A stretch of 62,709 nucleotides of DNA, the filler included, from Thelocarpon superellum (taxonomy: Eukaryota), in assembly GCA_026025795.1 (NCBI GenBank). It is 3 parts of 3 records of this genome, joined end to end, with 100 filler letters (N's around TTAATTAATTAA, not from the genome) between each part and the next. Parts side by side here need not be neighbours in the genome. Positions count along the whole stretch, not along the records: positions 21,035 to 41,851 come from JAPEUG010000318.1; 2 more parts are not named here. One strand, given 5' to 3'. The position numbers and the translations under genes were made by a program. The notes under the pieces were generated by a model, which searched no databases, was not told the origin of the DNA, and saw only the letters and a program-made list of their open reading frames with translations. Positions 23,503 through 37,581 of the stretch are shown piece after piece. The stretch's first letter is position 1; every line of letters begins with the position of its first letter.

Positions 23503-24477
23503 TGAAAACAGTCGACGCGCTTGGCGGCGAGAACCGCGTGTTCAGCACCCTGTACTTATCTCACGCGATCCAGCGCTGGTGAGCATCCGATACAGGTAGT
23601 GAAGGCGAGGAAACAGCCGAGGAGTCAGATGCGCACTCGACATGCATAACCAAAACGCTGGTTGCACAGCGGCATCATCATCGACAAAGATATGCAACGC
23701 ATTGAGGAACCCCGCCATCACACTGGTCTCGCTAACGCTTCAGGGTGCAGCGGAGCGAGAAAGAACCTGGAACGTCTGGAAGACGGGGATGCAGGCGGCA
23801 CTCTGAACAGGTTGGCGGGTTGATCAGGTCCGATGCGCGCAGGGGAGGTGGTGGTGGAGGCTTCGGGCCTATCAGCGCCCGTCGATAGCGTGCTAGTTAT
23901 CTCTTGGCCTCGGCGGGATGTACCTCGACCGGTCATCAGCCAAGGCCGGACATTGGATCAGAGAAGAAGGAAGGCTATGGAAGTCCGGTGAGAGAGAATC
24001 CAGCGACATTCGCATCTGGCCGGGCAAAAGCAGTGTCCTGGCCAACCAAGGACCAAGCCCCGAGCATATTCATGGATCACTGGGCACATACGTATAGGCA
24101 TGCTAGCTCTTGAATGGGCTAGCTGGAAGAAACCTTGAGTCACTACCGTCGTCGACCTCCACGAGGTGCCCGGTAGACTGCACATATCGAGTGATTCCAA
24201 TCCCACCCATCTCCATGTTCGTCCACTCCCATGATGAATTCGTCAAATATCAAATGCCGTAGTCCGCTGCCCCGCCACGCCACGCCCCATCCCTCCCTAG
24301 TCCGCCCTCGAGCCCGGATTCTTCCGCTCACGAACCAATCCGACCGGACCTAACGCCGTGCACCGAGGAGAGACACCATCTCCATGCTATTATGTACCGC
24401 GGAAACCGGATGGGGGAAATTGGAAAAGAAGGGCCAAAGAAACTCGTCGCAGCGAACCGGATCATGTGATGGCTCGC

Positions 24478-25718
24478 TTAAAGCTTCAGGCCTCCCCCAA
24501 GTGCGCCGCCGACGTTCAATGAGATGTGCTGCGGGTTGGTGGCAAGCGCGGCCTCGTAATAAGGCAGGTGCTGCCCGTTGTAGACGCTGCTGTTGCCAAG
24601 CACATCGATGGGAAGGAAGCCATCGGGGAACTGAGTGAGCTTCTCGATGACGAGGGACTGGTTGGTGGTCGAGCGCATGGGCACCGTGTTGTTCCCCGGC
24701 ACCAGCGTCAAGTTCTCGATGGTCGTCGTGCCGATGAAGTCGCCCTGCACCGAGAGGTTGAAGGTGACGTTGCCCTGGCTTCGGTCAGACATATCCATCT
24801 TCTCGGCGACGCGGGCTAGTGCTTACCATGGCAATGGTCAAGACAGACGGGTTGGGAATATAGGCCGTGCCAATCAAATTGGCGCCGTCGGGGGCAGGCG
24901 ACAGCAGGATTTGGAACTGTGTGACGTTGAAACCTTTGAGCCCATTCAATCCTATCCCCGCCCATGTCAGTTCGAGGCCGGACGTTGAGGTGACGGAGCA
25001 CAAACCTTTGAGTGTGACCACCTCATTGTAGTCGACGTACGTCGCCGGATAGCGCGCCTCGTGCAGGAGCGGCCGTCCACGGATGGCCACGCGATACTCC
25101 TCGCTCTGGAGTACGAGCTTGGTGTAGCGGGTGTATTGATCGAGGTCGACAATCTGCACCGTTTGATCCAGCACCATGGGCGAGTCCGACAGGGCCGAGA
25201 CCCCCGGCACCTGGATGTAGGCGAAGGGGATGATGTTCGGCTCGGTGTCCTCGAGGAACAACGATGCATTGAAGCCATCCAGGTAGGGGTGGTACATGTT
25301 GTAGTTGTGCAGGACTTGCGTCTGGTGCAGGTGGAAGGAGGTCGGCGTGGGGTCTGTGAGCACCATGGAGTCGATCTCCAGCGTCGATTCATTCACGCCC
25401 GTCTGGGCGATGCGCGGTTCCGCCACATAGACCCTGCAAGAGGGTCAGCATCCGATCAGACGTACGCAAGCCGGGGGGAACGCACAAGAGCAAGGTCAGG
25501 AGGAGCGCGCCGGCCAGGAAGATGATCAGATGCAGCCACCAGAACCGACGAAAATGGGTCTTGATGCGCTGGGATGCGCCGACCTTCTTGGGCCCGCCGG
25601 CCCCGCTGGCCCCGCTGCCAGTCTCGAGGCCGGTGCCGGTGCTCACCGTCTCGACGTAGGCGGCGTCGGGCATTTTCTCCGTGGAGGCGATGCTGCTGTG
25701 TTGGTCGGAGGCGGCCAT
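24478..25718 (-). CDS. DUF3712-family single-pass membrane protein
   Basis: KTHFRRFWWLHLIIF TM segment, PRIAQTGVNESTL, GLNGLKGFNVT, IPNPSVLTIAM/GNVTFNL, GNSSVYNGQHLPYYE. Three introns. Confidence 0.82.
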
Positions 25719-28230
25719 GGTAATTTATATGGCGGCCACTAGCGACGATGCGAGTCGGGAAGGGGGCGGGAGAAGGAAAGGTAGATTGGCGCCAATGCGG
25801 GACGAAGAAAGATCGATGAGACGGAGGATGCAGCGCATGGACGACCGGGCAAACATTCGCGCCCACGATGAGGACGAGACCAGGACTTTTAAGCTTGACG
25901 GAGGTCGGAGCAGGAGCGGAGTTGTCGACTTCCCCACTCGCAGGGATCCGGAGCTTCTCCACCACAGCTGTCGGAGCGACAGCTGTGGTGGAGAAGCTTC
26001 CGGCAATGCGGAGTCGGTCAGCCTGGGCCACCAATTGCGCTGCCCGGAGGCGCCTTCACATGTTGCACCGAGCGTCGGGCGTGTGGCACGCAGGAGGGAG
26101 CAGGCGCTCGGCGAGCGGCGCTCGGCGAGCGGCGAGCGGCGAGCGGCGACCCCGGTTCGGAGCCAGCGTGAGCCAGCATGGCGCGCGGCCGTACCGCGCA
26201 CAGGGCCAAGACCGGGCCCTGCGCCAGGAGGGGAGCAGAAAATCAGCCGAGGTGGTGACCGAGGGGCCAAAGCTTCGAGGGCGATTGTTCCACGATCGCC
26301 GGCCAGTCGTGCCATGTTCGCACGCAAGGCATGTTGGCCAAGAGGACGAGCATACTTTACCCCGTCTCCACGGCAAATTCCAGGGTGCAGCGCTTTCCGC
26401 GACGCCGCAGGGCCGACGAGTAGGAGTCGAAGGCGGATGGAAGGCTCGATGCGCCCTACGCTTAGCCTTCCACGGAGACCGCTGCGTTTTCGGTTAAAGC
26501 GCCGGTCGGCGATCTGCTGCCTCAGCTTCCTCGCATTGTCCATGCACCCCACCTGCGACTTGCACTGGTGCACGCCAGGTGCCCAATCATCGCCGACCGA
26601 GCCTGTCCCTTTAGCCCCGTGCCCTAACCCGCCCAGGCGTCACCCAAGACGCTCACAACGGCCGTTAGCCTACCACCAGCGTCTGCTCGACAATGCCCCT
26701 ACGCGGCGTAGTTTGGGCGGCACGCGACGATCTCGCTCTCTGCCCAATCTGACGCTGCACATCATGGATCCATCGCGGGAGAAGAAAATATACGCTCCTC
26801 TCGCCTGCCTGCGGAGGTCATGATTGGCGGCCCGCTAGGATTAATCCGCCCACAGCGGCAATCCGTACGGCATGTAGCGACGGAAGGGTCCTGTGGAAAT
26901 CTCCGACCAACGCAAGGTGTCATTCTGACGGCCGACGTCAAGCACTGATGCCGTGCAGAAGTCACCCCGTAGCGTAGAAGCCTTCAGCGCGCCACCCATC
27001 CATCTACTGATGCATGGTGCCACCTGAGGAAGGGTCACGCTAAAGAAGAGCACCCCTCCGCGATGTGAGGCCGACACCCAAGGACGTATGCTGGGCGCGA
27101 TGAAAAGGTGGCCTGCTGCGATCCAGGTCAGCAGATCCGCCATGGGCCGGCACAACTTGCAGGTACTTGGTCGCCGAGGAGCCCAGAGGTCCAGAAGCCT
27201 TCAGAGCGCCACCGCCACGAGCAAAAGAGGCGAGCAGCCCAGGCCGACGGACTTCTAGCCGCATGGGGCAGGCCCCACATCATTCGTGCAGCGTGCCACC
27301 AAGCGAAGGAGTGCCCGGTCACATCTACATTTGGCGGAGGTGAGAGCGCCATCGCGGCTGCGGGGTCTAGCGGTGGGGAACGATGGTGAAGTCGTTTGGG
27401 TCGGAACGAAAGTCTCTCGGAGCACCAAAAACCGATCTGGTGATGGGGTGGCGAATGCGCCGTCAGATCACATGACTCAGGCAAGTCGTGTGCGAAAAGA
27501 GGCTCGCCGCTCCATCATCAAGCTCATCGAGGTTAGCGACCCGTCGTTAACCTCCGGCAATTCCTCTTCGTCTCGAGAAACCCCGAGGCGTGCGTCAAAT
27601 CAAGATCTCCTGCTCTCGGCTGTCGGTGTTTCTCGGGCCAGCTGAAAATCTGAACCACTGGCCGTGGCTCGGACCAAGCTCCCTCGTCCCGCTTGGGAGT
27701 CTACATGTTCGATGACGTGAGGGTCGGGACATCTCAGAAACTCTCATGCGTCCGATTACGGCGATCACGGGACAAACTGCCCGTGCGATGCAGAAATACC
27801 GTGCCCGAGAGATCAATCGGATCTGCCCCCCAGCAGAAAGCCGTCGTGATGGCCGCTAGACACGGGGACATGATGAATGTGGATGTCGCAAATATCGGAA
27901 CCGACATCAACGCGGACAGGCAGCGGCCGTGCGCCGTGGCAAGGCCCATTCTTCACCCGCTCGCGCATTGATGCGATCGCACGAGATGGCGCTTGATGTC
28001 GTTACAACTACATGTGGTAGAAACGCCGTCGATGCAGATGTAGTCCTCCTGCAAGTCCAGCAACCCCACGCCAACCATGCCCCACCGCAGAATGAGGCAT
28101 CCATCGAGAATGCACCAGATGCGCGCCGTCCGACCCGCAACGCTACGTCACTTCATGGGCCCGAGGGTATGGCACGGCGCGTTGGACCAGATGAGAGGGA
28201 GGGCAACGTCGTTGCCGCGGACCGGTCGGC

Positions 28231-30598
28231 TCAGGACGCGGCAAAGGACTTCTTCCGCGCAAAGATGGTCCGCGTCCGCGACTTGTCGCGCGGCTTCTTC
28301 TCGCCGCCTTCGGCCACCTTCTGGCCTCGGCCCTTCCGCTCGTCCTCGTCCATGTACTTTGCCTTGTAGATCCTGGAGTGCGTGTCAGTGGGCCGATGCC
28401 ACGACCAAGGGAGCGGCGGCGGCGCGCATACCAGCTATTGCCCACCATGCTCATGCCTTTGCCCTCCGCTAGCCGGTAGAATTTGGCGGCCTTTTTGAGG
28501 TCCTTCTTGCAGCCGACGCCCTGGGCGTAGCAGAAGCCCGCCTCGGCCAGCGCATCGCCGTCACCCCACACTAGAGCACGTCAGTTGGCCCGGGAGTGCC
28601 CGCATCGCGCGGCCGCAGGGGACAGGCGCACGTACTGCCGGCAATCTCGAAGCAGCGAAGCGCAAGCCCCTTGTCCTGCTCGATTCCCCATCCGTTCATG
28701 TGGCTGACGCCCAGTTCGTAGATGCTGAGGGCGAACTGCGCTTGACGCGTCCGCCGCTCTGCCGCGTCGCCCGCCTTCTCTTCGCGAGGCGCATTCTCGT
28801 CATCCGCCACCTCGAGACCGGCGGAGTCGGCGGCCTTGCGCAACCACTGCACGCCCTCCTTGGGGTTGGGCCGCATCCCCCACCCGTGCCGGCATGCTAG
28901 CGCGTACAAGAGCATCGCCGTCGGGTGATTGGCCTTGGCCGCGATGCGCAGGTGATAGGTCGACTCGTTGACGGAGCCGCGCTCGTGGCACTCGATCCCT
29001 CGTGCCAGATGTTCTTCCGCCGAGATCTCGGCCGACGTGGCCGTCTGCCGCGAGGTCGCCGCTTTGACCGTCACCGTCGACGCCATCGATGAGGTCGATG
29101 GGCGACTATGGTCGCCGCTCGTCTTTGGTCTGGACAATACTTCATTGAGCGGAGAGGCCGCACCAGGTCCCGCGGAGACCTGTGTTCGCAGCGGCGACAT
29201 GTGTTGTGGCGCATTGCGGTCGGGTGAGTTTCGGGTCCCCGACGCAGGCGCAGGCGCAGGCGTAGGCGCAGGCGCCGGCTCTGGTGGCACCTCTCGTGGC
29301 GAGAGCGGTTGCTCGTCCGTCAGGGGGGAGGTGGACCGGGCGCTGTTGGCGGGGATGGACGGGTCCTCCCACTGAACTCGTGGTGGTTCGTGCGATACGT
29401 GGCCGGGGAAAGAGTCCTGTTCCCGCTGTAGGACGCGTCCGCGCGGTAGGACAAAGCTGGAGTAGATGTACGAGGGCACGGGCTGGTGGAAGGGGTCGGA
29501 CCCATCGCCATTCTCCTCGCTGTTGATGCTGACCGGGGTATGCACCGCGTCGTCATTGAACACGTAAGGCTGTTGGCTGTCGGTCGAGGTCTGGCGGGAC
29601 GGTAGGTCCAAGCTTGGTCCGCTAGCACGACTCAGCGGTCGCGAAAAGTTCAAGGCACCGCGGGGATGTCGAGTGCCGCCGATGGAGTATTCGGATGAGA
29701 TGGATGGCGAGCGGCGCATGGGCAGGGGGTGGAGCGGAGATCGGGGAGGCGTCGAGGCCGAAATCCCGCTGCTGGACGACATCTTCCGATGACCATTCGA
29801 GGCGCGATCTTCGTCGTCCGTGTCTTCGGCCGGGACCGATCGGATGCTCGAGGGATTCCGCCGATGACCAAACCGTGGGGGGGCCAGCGCACGAGGATTG
29901 TGGACATGCGATGATCCTCCCTCACTCGCCATGGCTGAAGCTGCCAGGCCCGGCCCATTTCCGGAGTCGAAGCTGCGCTGCGGTCGCATCAGGGATACAC
30001 CGTGCGTCATGGCCGACAATTCTCGCGTGGCGTCCGTCAGACGTTGTGGAGATTGCTCGGTGCGGGGCCCCAGGCCAGACCAGCCGTTGGGCTGGAGCCC
30101 AGGTGCTTGCCGCCCTCGTTCCCGACCAAGATTGGTGAGCATGTCCAGCTGGGCTTTGTCATTAAAGTCCGGCGGCGGCATGCCGCTGAGGCGTGGGTGG
30201 ACGGATCTGGGACGCATGTCTGGCGTTTCCACCGCGGAACGCACTCCCAGCCCGAGCCCACCGTCAGGTCGAGTGTGCGCCAGGGGACCGTTGGAGCTGG
30301 GCCCATCATCGGCCGAGGCCGATCGCGAGTAGCCGGGCCGTGGTCGGGCCAACGAATTTGCAATGGTCAAGGGGGGCAAGCGGCTCACACGCTTGCCATC
30401 ACGGTTCTTGTCATCGAGTTGCTTGGCCAGGAGGCGACCCTGCGCGGCAAAGGCGTCCAGCGGTGATAGTGTAGGCGGGATGTCGCCATCGGCGTGTGCG
30501 GTACGCGGTGACGGCAGCCCCCGCGGCGAGTGAGGACCACTCCTCGAGTCTTGCGATCGTGATCGCACGTCCAGCGCGTCCGGGCGCGCGGTCATCAT
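28231..30598 (-). CDS. Sel1-like repeat protein (Nif1/DSF2-like)
   Basis: LSPLDAFAAQGR N-terminal motif, then AEEHLARGIECHE, AMLLYALACRHGWG, YELGVSHMNGWGIEQDK, WGDGDALAEAGFCY. Last exon IYKAKY...RKKSFAAS* with TGA at 28231-28233. Confidence 0.88.
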
Positions 30599-31838
30599 GA
30601 GCGACGATGGTGGGACCGCTCAGCCAACGGAAGCCAGAACGAGGTGGGCGGTGCGCAAGGGCGACGGTTCAGGAGCGGGTCTGTGCGTGGCAAGGAGCGA
30701 ATCGCGAGCCTGGTCGGCCGCATGAATGACGTTGCAGCGTGACGAGGCCTTTCCACAAGTGAGTGAGGGGTCGCGGCAGAAGGATGGCCGGCGGCGGAGT
30801 GACGAGGAGTAAAGATCGATCCGAGTGATGCGGGAGAAGGGGAGCGTCGTCGCGTCCAGGCGGACAGAGGGCGTGGCGCGGTGCGGCGCGGTTGGTCAAT
30901 GAAAGTGAAGTCGCCAAGTCGCAGGTTGGGTGAGTTGGGTGAGCGTCAGCTTAGCTGCAGTGAACTGGGCGAAGTTGAAAGCGTTCCAGTCGGATGGTGG
31001 ACAGCGGCCTGTGACCCAGTCAATGGAAAGTCGACTTGGTCGACTTGGTCGGAGCGAGCCCAGTCGCCAACGTCCTGGAAGGCATCAGCACATCGTCCTT
31101 GGAGGCTCTTAGCTCGTCATCCACGCTCTCGCAAGATCTTGCGGGGGTCCCCAAGATGACCAAATAAGGGGCAAAGTCCAATAATATCGCCGCGGGATGC
31201 GCCAAGACCTTCCGCCAGTCCCATCCGGCTAGTGGGTGCGGAGTCAGGCCATGGGGTACCGCAGTTCACTTGCCACTAGCATTCAAAGGCGACCCTGCTC
31301 GCCGGACGGCGTGCGCCCTTACTGCTGGCACTCCGACTAACTTTGCTACCCGACCGGCCGACTAGTCACTCGAGTCCGGGGAGTTCCTCCGTACCTGTAC
31401 GCCAGACCAGACGCTGTTGACGCGCAGGTCGCCCGATGTTGACGTGGACCTCTCGACCACACGCCCATCCAAAGACTTGAGCGGTCCATGAAACATGGCG
31501 CAACCATGTTCACGTAGTACAGCGGGCAGTTACCTTGATTCCACGCCCCTGTTGTGGCCTGACAAAGGCCAGCGGCCGAAACGCTCTGACCCAAAGGAGT
31601 CACGTGGCCAATCTTGTCCGACGTATAGGCGGCTGGGTGCTTGAAATAATATTTGCTCGGACCTATCCCGAACCGGGGTCAGGCTCAGCTGAGGCGTCGG
31701 CCATGGGGTTCTCGTCCCTGCGGCTCCCAGTGCCGTTGCTATTTCAACACGTTTCTCTCTTCTATATTTGATGCTCCCATCTATCGTATCTTCTTGCTGC
31801 GTTGAAATTCGCTTGCTCCCTGAGCTCTGACCGCCTCG

Positions 31839-32776
31839 ATGGCCAACCTCTACTACCTGCTGGGCGTCGACGAGCCCTTCGACCCTAGCCATCGCTTTGA
31901 GACCTCGTGGATTCTGCCACCATGGGTGCTGTTCGCTGTCCGCGCGATCATCGTATGTAGGAGAAGGCCCCGGATGCCACGAGCGCAGGGCTAATGGAAC
32001 TGCACCCTAGTCCGTCTATGCCTTCACCGTAATCTTTTTCATCATGGGGTGGGAAGGCACGCGCAACGACATCACGGACGTCCGCCAAAGTTTTAGCTTC
32101 TTCACTTACCTGTCCTACTGGGGCTTGGCCTTTTACTTCTTCGTGGCCGCAATTCACACCTTCTCCTACGCGCGCACCGGCCAGCCGTACCTCAGCCGCT
32201 GGCCCCGGGCCCTCCAAGCGCTGCACAGCATTTACTACACCTCCATCGTCACCCTCCCCTTCTTGGTCACAAGTACGTCTTGATTCGTTGTGCACTCAGC
32301 GTATCGCCACTCACAAACCCGCAGTCGTGTTCTGGGCGCTGCTATATACCCCGCCGTGGTTCCCCATCGTCTTCAACGCGTGGCAAAATGTCCGTCTGCT
32401 CCCCGCACGAGGCCTCCCCGCCGTGCATGCTGACCGGCACTCCCAGGTCTCGCTGCACGCGATGAACTCCCTCTTTGCGCTCTTCGAACTCCTTCTGACC
32501 CGCACCTCGCCGCCCCCGTGGCTCCACCTCGCCATCTTAATCATTATCCTGGCCTTGTACGTTGGCCTTGCCTACATCACCCGGGCTACCGAGGGCTTCT
32601 ACACCTATAGTTTCCTGAATCCAGCTACGCACGGATCGGGACGCGTGGCGGCCTACGTCTTTGGTATCCTGGCGGCGATTATCGTCATCTTCGTGGTGGT
32701 TTGGGTCGTGATCTGGGTGCGGAGACGGATTACGGAGCGTCGCGTGGGAGGCGTGAAGCCCCGGAGCCATGTGTAG
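31839..32776 (+). CDS. FAR-17a/AIG1-like multi-pass membrane protein
   Basis: MANLYYLLGVDEPFDPSHRFETSWILPP, SFSFFTYLSYWGLAFYF, RWPRALQALHS, SLHAMNS, GFYTYSFL. Three introns. Confidence 0.8.
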
Positions 32777-32936
32777 GCGTCCTGTGCTAGGTGAAGATTT
32801 GCTAAAGTCATTGGAAAATGGACAAAAGTCTTGGAATCGTATTGTCTGTATGATCAGAGATACCTCCGTCGCAATGCATGCAGCCCAAGCTGTGGTACAT
32901 GGTCAAGACATGCCATCGCTCGCTCTGCCTGGTGTA

Positions 32937-34308
32937 TCAGGAGGACAACTTCATGACGCCGCAGTTCGAGCAGGTCCACCATTGTGCCTCCATGTACGTG
33001 TCGCAGGCATGACAGATCCAGTGCTCCGGCTGCGGCGAGGCCAGGGAAGCAGAAGCGACCGGGATCCTTTCGTTGCCTTGGCGGGATCTACGCCTGGCCT
33101 CTGCAGAGCCTGTGAGATCCACGGGACGCTCGGTGGCACAGGCATCGCAGCAGAGGTAATTGTTGGGATTCTCCAGGGTGCAGATTGGACAGGTCCAGGT
33201 GTCTGAGAATGAGTAGTCCGTCATAGGCGCCGCTGGCGGGCTGACGCGAGGCGGAGGAACCGGCCGTTGGACATGCTCGGTGGATATTGAGCGCTCGTCT
33301 TCCTGCGACTCATCGTCAACGTCATCATCGACGATCTGTTGGCGGTTCGAGGCACTCCCGAGCGGGTTCTGCTTGGACGGCGCCTCGTAAGCATCTCCCC
33401 ACTTCTGCCTCTCTTCGTGTTGGACCAGCTCCATGTAGGCTTGCATGATGGCCCGCTCGTTCGCATCGTCTTCCTCGGCCTGGGTGCTGAAGCCAGTCCG
33501 GGTGGCCCGGTCCACGATCGCCTTGGTGTCCTTGGACCCGGCTCCACACCCCTTGGTGACGGTCAGGCGCCGCTGAACGGCATCCGCGATGACTCGTCGC
33601 ATATCCGAGCCGCGGAGGACAGGGGCGCCTCCCAGCCGTTGTCCAGAGCCCGCGGTCAAGACCCGTCGTTTCTCGGCGGCAGCACGCGCCCGTCGCCGCG
33701 CCTCGTCCATCGGGATCCGCCGGCCTCCGAGCTTCCGACCCTCGGACAGGAAGCCCTCGCCAGTGTAGCCCTTCCGGGCGAGCTGCTCATGCTCATCGCG
33801 AAGCTGCTGCCATAGCGCGTGGAACTTGGCATCATGTGCATCATGGACGATGTGACTCAGCCTACATCGATCCGCACGCGCATCGCCCCGCATCAACTCA
33901 TGTCCTCTATCATCGGGGGGAAGTAGGCGGCTAGGGGTGACGTAGGCCAGCAGGACTCACTCATGCAGCATGGTATCGACGACCTGCTCTAATGGAAGAA
34001 ACTGACGGGCGTCACCCGGGTAGCGCAAGCGTAGGCAGATCTTCTGACCCTTGTTCCAGTTCACGCCTGGATCATCATCAGCCCGATTCAGGAGGCATCG
34101 AATGCCGCTGACCGCAGGCGGGGGCCTTACCGAGCAGATTGTGCTCCTGCGGAATGAACTCGGCAAGAGTACCGACTCGCCAGCTCCGCTGCCTCATGAC
34201 GGGCTTCACCAAAGACGCGATCTTCTGCAGCGTCTTCAGCGCCTCGGCTTCACGGGGCTGGTCTTTGAGATGGCTGTAGTTTGAGATCAACGGGTCGACT
34301 TCCGGCAT
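32937..34308 (-). CDS. WSS1: WLM-domain DNA-protein-crosslink metalloprotease with two RanBP2-type Zn fingers
   Basis: KIASLVKPVMRQRSWRVGTLAEF, KICLRLRY, HE|LSH split by an intron, SHP-like GRKLGG/GQRLGG, WTCPICTLEN...CDAC and WICHAC...CSNC. Confidence 0.93.
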
Positions 34309-34962
34309 CTTGGCGGTGGCCTAACGTAGCCAAACACGTAAATCTCCGTAGCACGGGAACGTGGGAACACGGGAGGAGATGAGGATGACGAGGAACGAAA
34401 ATCGTCGGTATCATCTAGACCCTCTGATCATGTTCTCGCGAGAGCCATAACCAGATCCCTGGGTCCCGTGCTGCGTTGACATTTTGGCCACCGAGTCCTC
34501 GATCGAGGCCGGAAGTGACCTCCAATTTGCCATAGGCCGCCGTGGGGAGCTTACGTAGAGCTTCTGGAAGCCTCCGCCGCCCCGTGCTACACGTTGATCG
34601 GATATTGGACGAGCGATCCAATAGTCTAGGCTGCCGTAGCCCGAGTATTTGTTAACCCTGCAAATACGGGCGCCTCTACCGCTAACCTACCCGTAGCTCG
34701 CGTACGAGTGCGAGCACGAGTCCTTTGTGCTCTTTCTACTGCACTCGACCGCTCGTGTGAAGCGATGATATCAGTCCGATAGCTCGCTTAACTGCACGTA
34801 GCGGAAGACAATGCGGAGTCGTTCGCTACGCCAAGCTCCAGCTCTGCAAATGCCGGTCGGGATGGTGAATGAGGACCAGTATTCACAAGATCAAAACAAC
34901 AAGAAACGGATGATAGTTCAGCCAGGGCGCTAGGAGAGTAGGAGCTCTCAAGAAAGAGCAGG

Positions 34963-36512
34963 ATGTCCAAAGACGATCCATACTTCTTTACCTTCGTGAG
35001 CAACTGTGCCCAGCGACGACGGACGAGTCGCGCGCCCCGACGCTGATGGATATCCTACAGCTTGCCTCGCTCGCGCATGACCTGCAGCACTATTCAAGCG
35101 ATGTCACCGAGACGGTAGATCGCCATTTCGAGAATGTTGCGCTCACGCTGCGCGAAGCGCTCTCGTCAGCTACCTGGCTCCCCGAGTCTGCTCGGCCCGC
35201 AGCGCCGCTTCCTCCATCTCCACCATCACCCAGCTTGTTCACGGCTCCATCTCTACCCGACTCGCTCTACCAGCGAACGCAGAACTGGATCATGGACAAC
35301 AAAACTTTGACCGCGGCGATCCTCACAGGCGTCACCGTCACTGGATACTTCCTGCTCCTGCATCGCCCTAGTCATACGAAACGTCGCGCTCGACGGGCCG
35401 GCAACGGGGCTCGCAAGGAGGTCGTCGGTACGTGCCCGAGCGCTCCCGCGTCAGATCCGTGGATCTAATGGTGCCTAGTAATTGTGGGTTCTCCCTACGA
35501 GCCCATCTCCCGATCTCTGTCGCTTGACCTGGAGCGCCGCGGCTTCATCGTCTACATGGTCGTGGGGACCCCGGAGGAAGAGAATTGTGTCATGGGCGAG
35601 TCGAGGGTGGACATCCGCCCGCTGAATCTAGAAATCGTTGATGTAAGCGATCCTCCCCGGACAGGGGGCTGCCGCCGACGGTCTCTAACGCGCAAGGTGC
35701 AGCCGAACAGCTCCGAGAGCGCCATCGAGCAATTCCGCCGCTTCTTGCTCAGCCCGCATCATGCCTTTCCCGGTGCCGCTGCTCACCATCTGCATCTCGC
35801 TGGCGTCATTCTCATCCCGGACATGATCTATCCCTCCGGGCCGATCGAGACCATCGCGCCGGATCTGTGGTCGGATGCGCTAAACGTCAAGGTGCTAGCC
35901 ACGATCGCCACCACTCAAGTCTTCCTACGTCTCATCTGCGACTTGAAGGCACGCCTGCTCATTCTCACCCCGGGCATAGTCCCGTCACTGTCGGCCCCCT
36001 TTCATGGCGTTGAGAGCTCCATGGTCGCTGCCCTGGAAGCCTTCACCAACAGCCTCCGCGCCGAGGTCGGGACGATGGGCATCAGCGTGTGCCACTTCAA
36101 GCTCGGCACCTTCGACTGCGGCGGTGTGGGAGGGAAAACGCACATGCAGCCGAAGAATGCGGCCCGGGCTGACGTGCTTTCGTGGTCGCCGACGGCCCGG
36201 GCTGCCTACGCCCGGAACTACGTTGCGCAATCCGCGACCGCGGTCGGGAATGGCGGCAGCGTGGCGGGCCAGGGTGTCGCCAAAGGCAGTCCGCTCCGTG
36301 CCTTGCACATCTCCGTCTTTGACGCCTTGACGCGCCCTCATCCACGCCCCGTCTGGCATGTCGGCCGTGGCAGTCTGCTCTACGATATCGTCGGTCGATG
36401 GGTACCCACCGGCCTAGTTGCGCGCATGCTCGGCATTCGCCCGGTTCCCCGCGACGAATCTGCCCCTGACGCGGAGACCGTCGGTTGGGAGACGGTCGAG
36501 CATTGGACATGA
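34963..36512 (+). CDS. DUF1776 fungal protein (SDR-like fold)
   Basis: MSKDDPYFFTF|LASLAHDL, RRARRAGNGARKEVV, SLSLDLERRGFIV, YPSGPIETI, GSPLRALH, GRGSLLYD. Three introns. Confidence 0.82.
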
Positions 36513-36705
36513 CACATCGCGACATGGGCATCCGGCGACGGGAGCAGATATGCGGCATCCGGTCGGGACAGGCATCACACAGGATTTCTTTGATTCATGT
36601 AGACTAGATACCAAAAACCTGCTCCCCAGATGCACCGAGAGCCACCCGATGTATGAAGCCACGATGACGCCTAGCGTGGTAAGCGCCATGATATCGACAC
36701 AAACG

Positions 36706-37581
36706 CTAGTAGCCGCCTCTTCGCCCACGAGATCCCCGATTTCGACCTCCACGGCCGCCGCCCCAGTCCTTCCGGCCCCCGTAGCCTCGATCTCGTTGAT
36801 TTTCATCCGCCTGCTCCGCCAGCTCTTGGCGCCGCTGCATCTCGCGCTCGACCTCGGCGGGGTCTTTTTCCACCCTAATCGTCGGTGGGTCCAGCGCGGT
36901 CGGCCACCGGGCATGTGCGCCCTGCTTGCACGTCCGCCCGTAAGGGCAGAAGCCGGCCAGGTACAAGGGGCAGAGAGCCCGGCGCTCGTGCTTCTTCGAA
37001 CAGCGTGGCCCCAGCGGACAGAAGCCTTTGTCGTAGTGCGGGCACGGCTCTAGCTTTGTGTCCGGGTCGATGTGGAGGTAAAGGCATTCGTCGCCGTTGG
37101 AGCAGTATCGATGCTGTCGGAAGAAGTTGCATTCGGGCATCTTCCGCCTATTCGGGAAGCGCTCGTCAGCACACTGCGCGACCTTTCCAGGCTGGGGCAT
37201 ACAACAATGACTTACAAGTTGTACTCGTGCAGAAACTCGCATGCATCGCCTTTCTTGCAGAGTCCTCTCAGCCAGTGCTTGCATACTAGGCTGTAGGTGA
37301 TGTCAGCCACGCTCCGCCATCCGCATGGACATGGAATGATCAGTTTACCTGTTGAAGGAGTTGGAGGCGGTGTGTCGATCCGGGCACGCATCGCCCAGGG
37401 GGCAGTGGCCTTGAATGAAGGCCTTGCAAATTGGCCGGTTTGGATTAAGACCATATCGATACTCCCGCTTCAGAAAGTCGCTGAAGGCGAAGTTGAAGGG
37501 CGGAGTGGCCAGGGGATCTACCAGCATCTTCTTGGGGTTCATCGAGGTTGCCCCCGCCGCTTCCTGGACTTCCGTCGCCAT
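36706..37581 (-). CDS. YTH1: mRNA 3'-end processing factor Yth1/CPSF30 (CCCH Zn fingers)
   Basis: [74 protein letters not shown]. Two introns. Confidence 0.96.

Noticed and set aside
22511..23548. 345-aa minus-strand ORF
   Set aside because: Non-ATG start, runs through a heptamer microsatellite, no recognisable motif.
25681..26823. 380-aa and 282-aa overlapping Arg-rich ORFs
   Set aside because: Composition of GC-rich promoter DNA with repeats upstream of DUF3712; no protein-like pattern.
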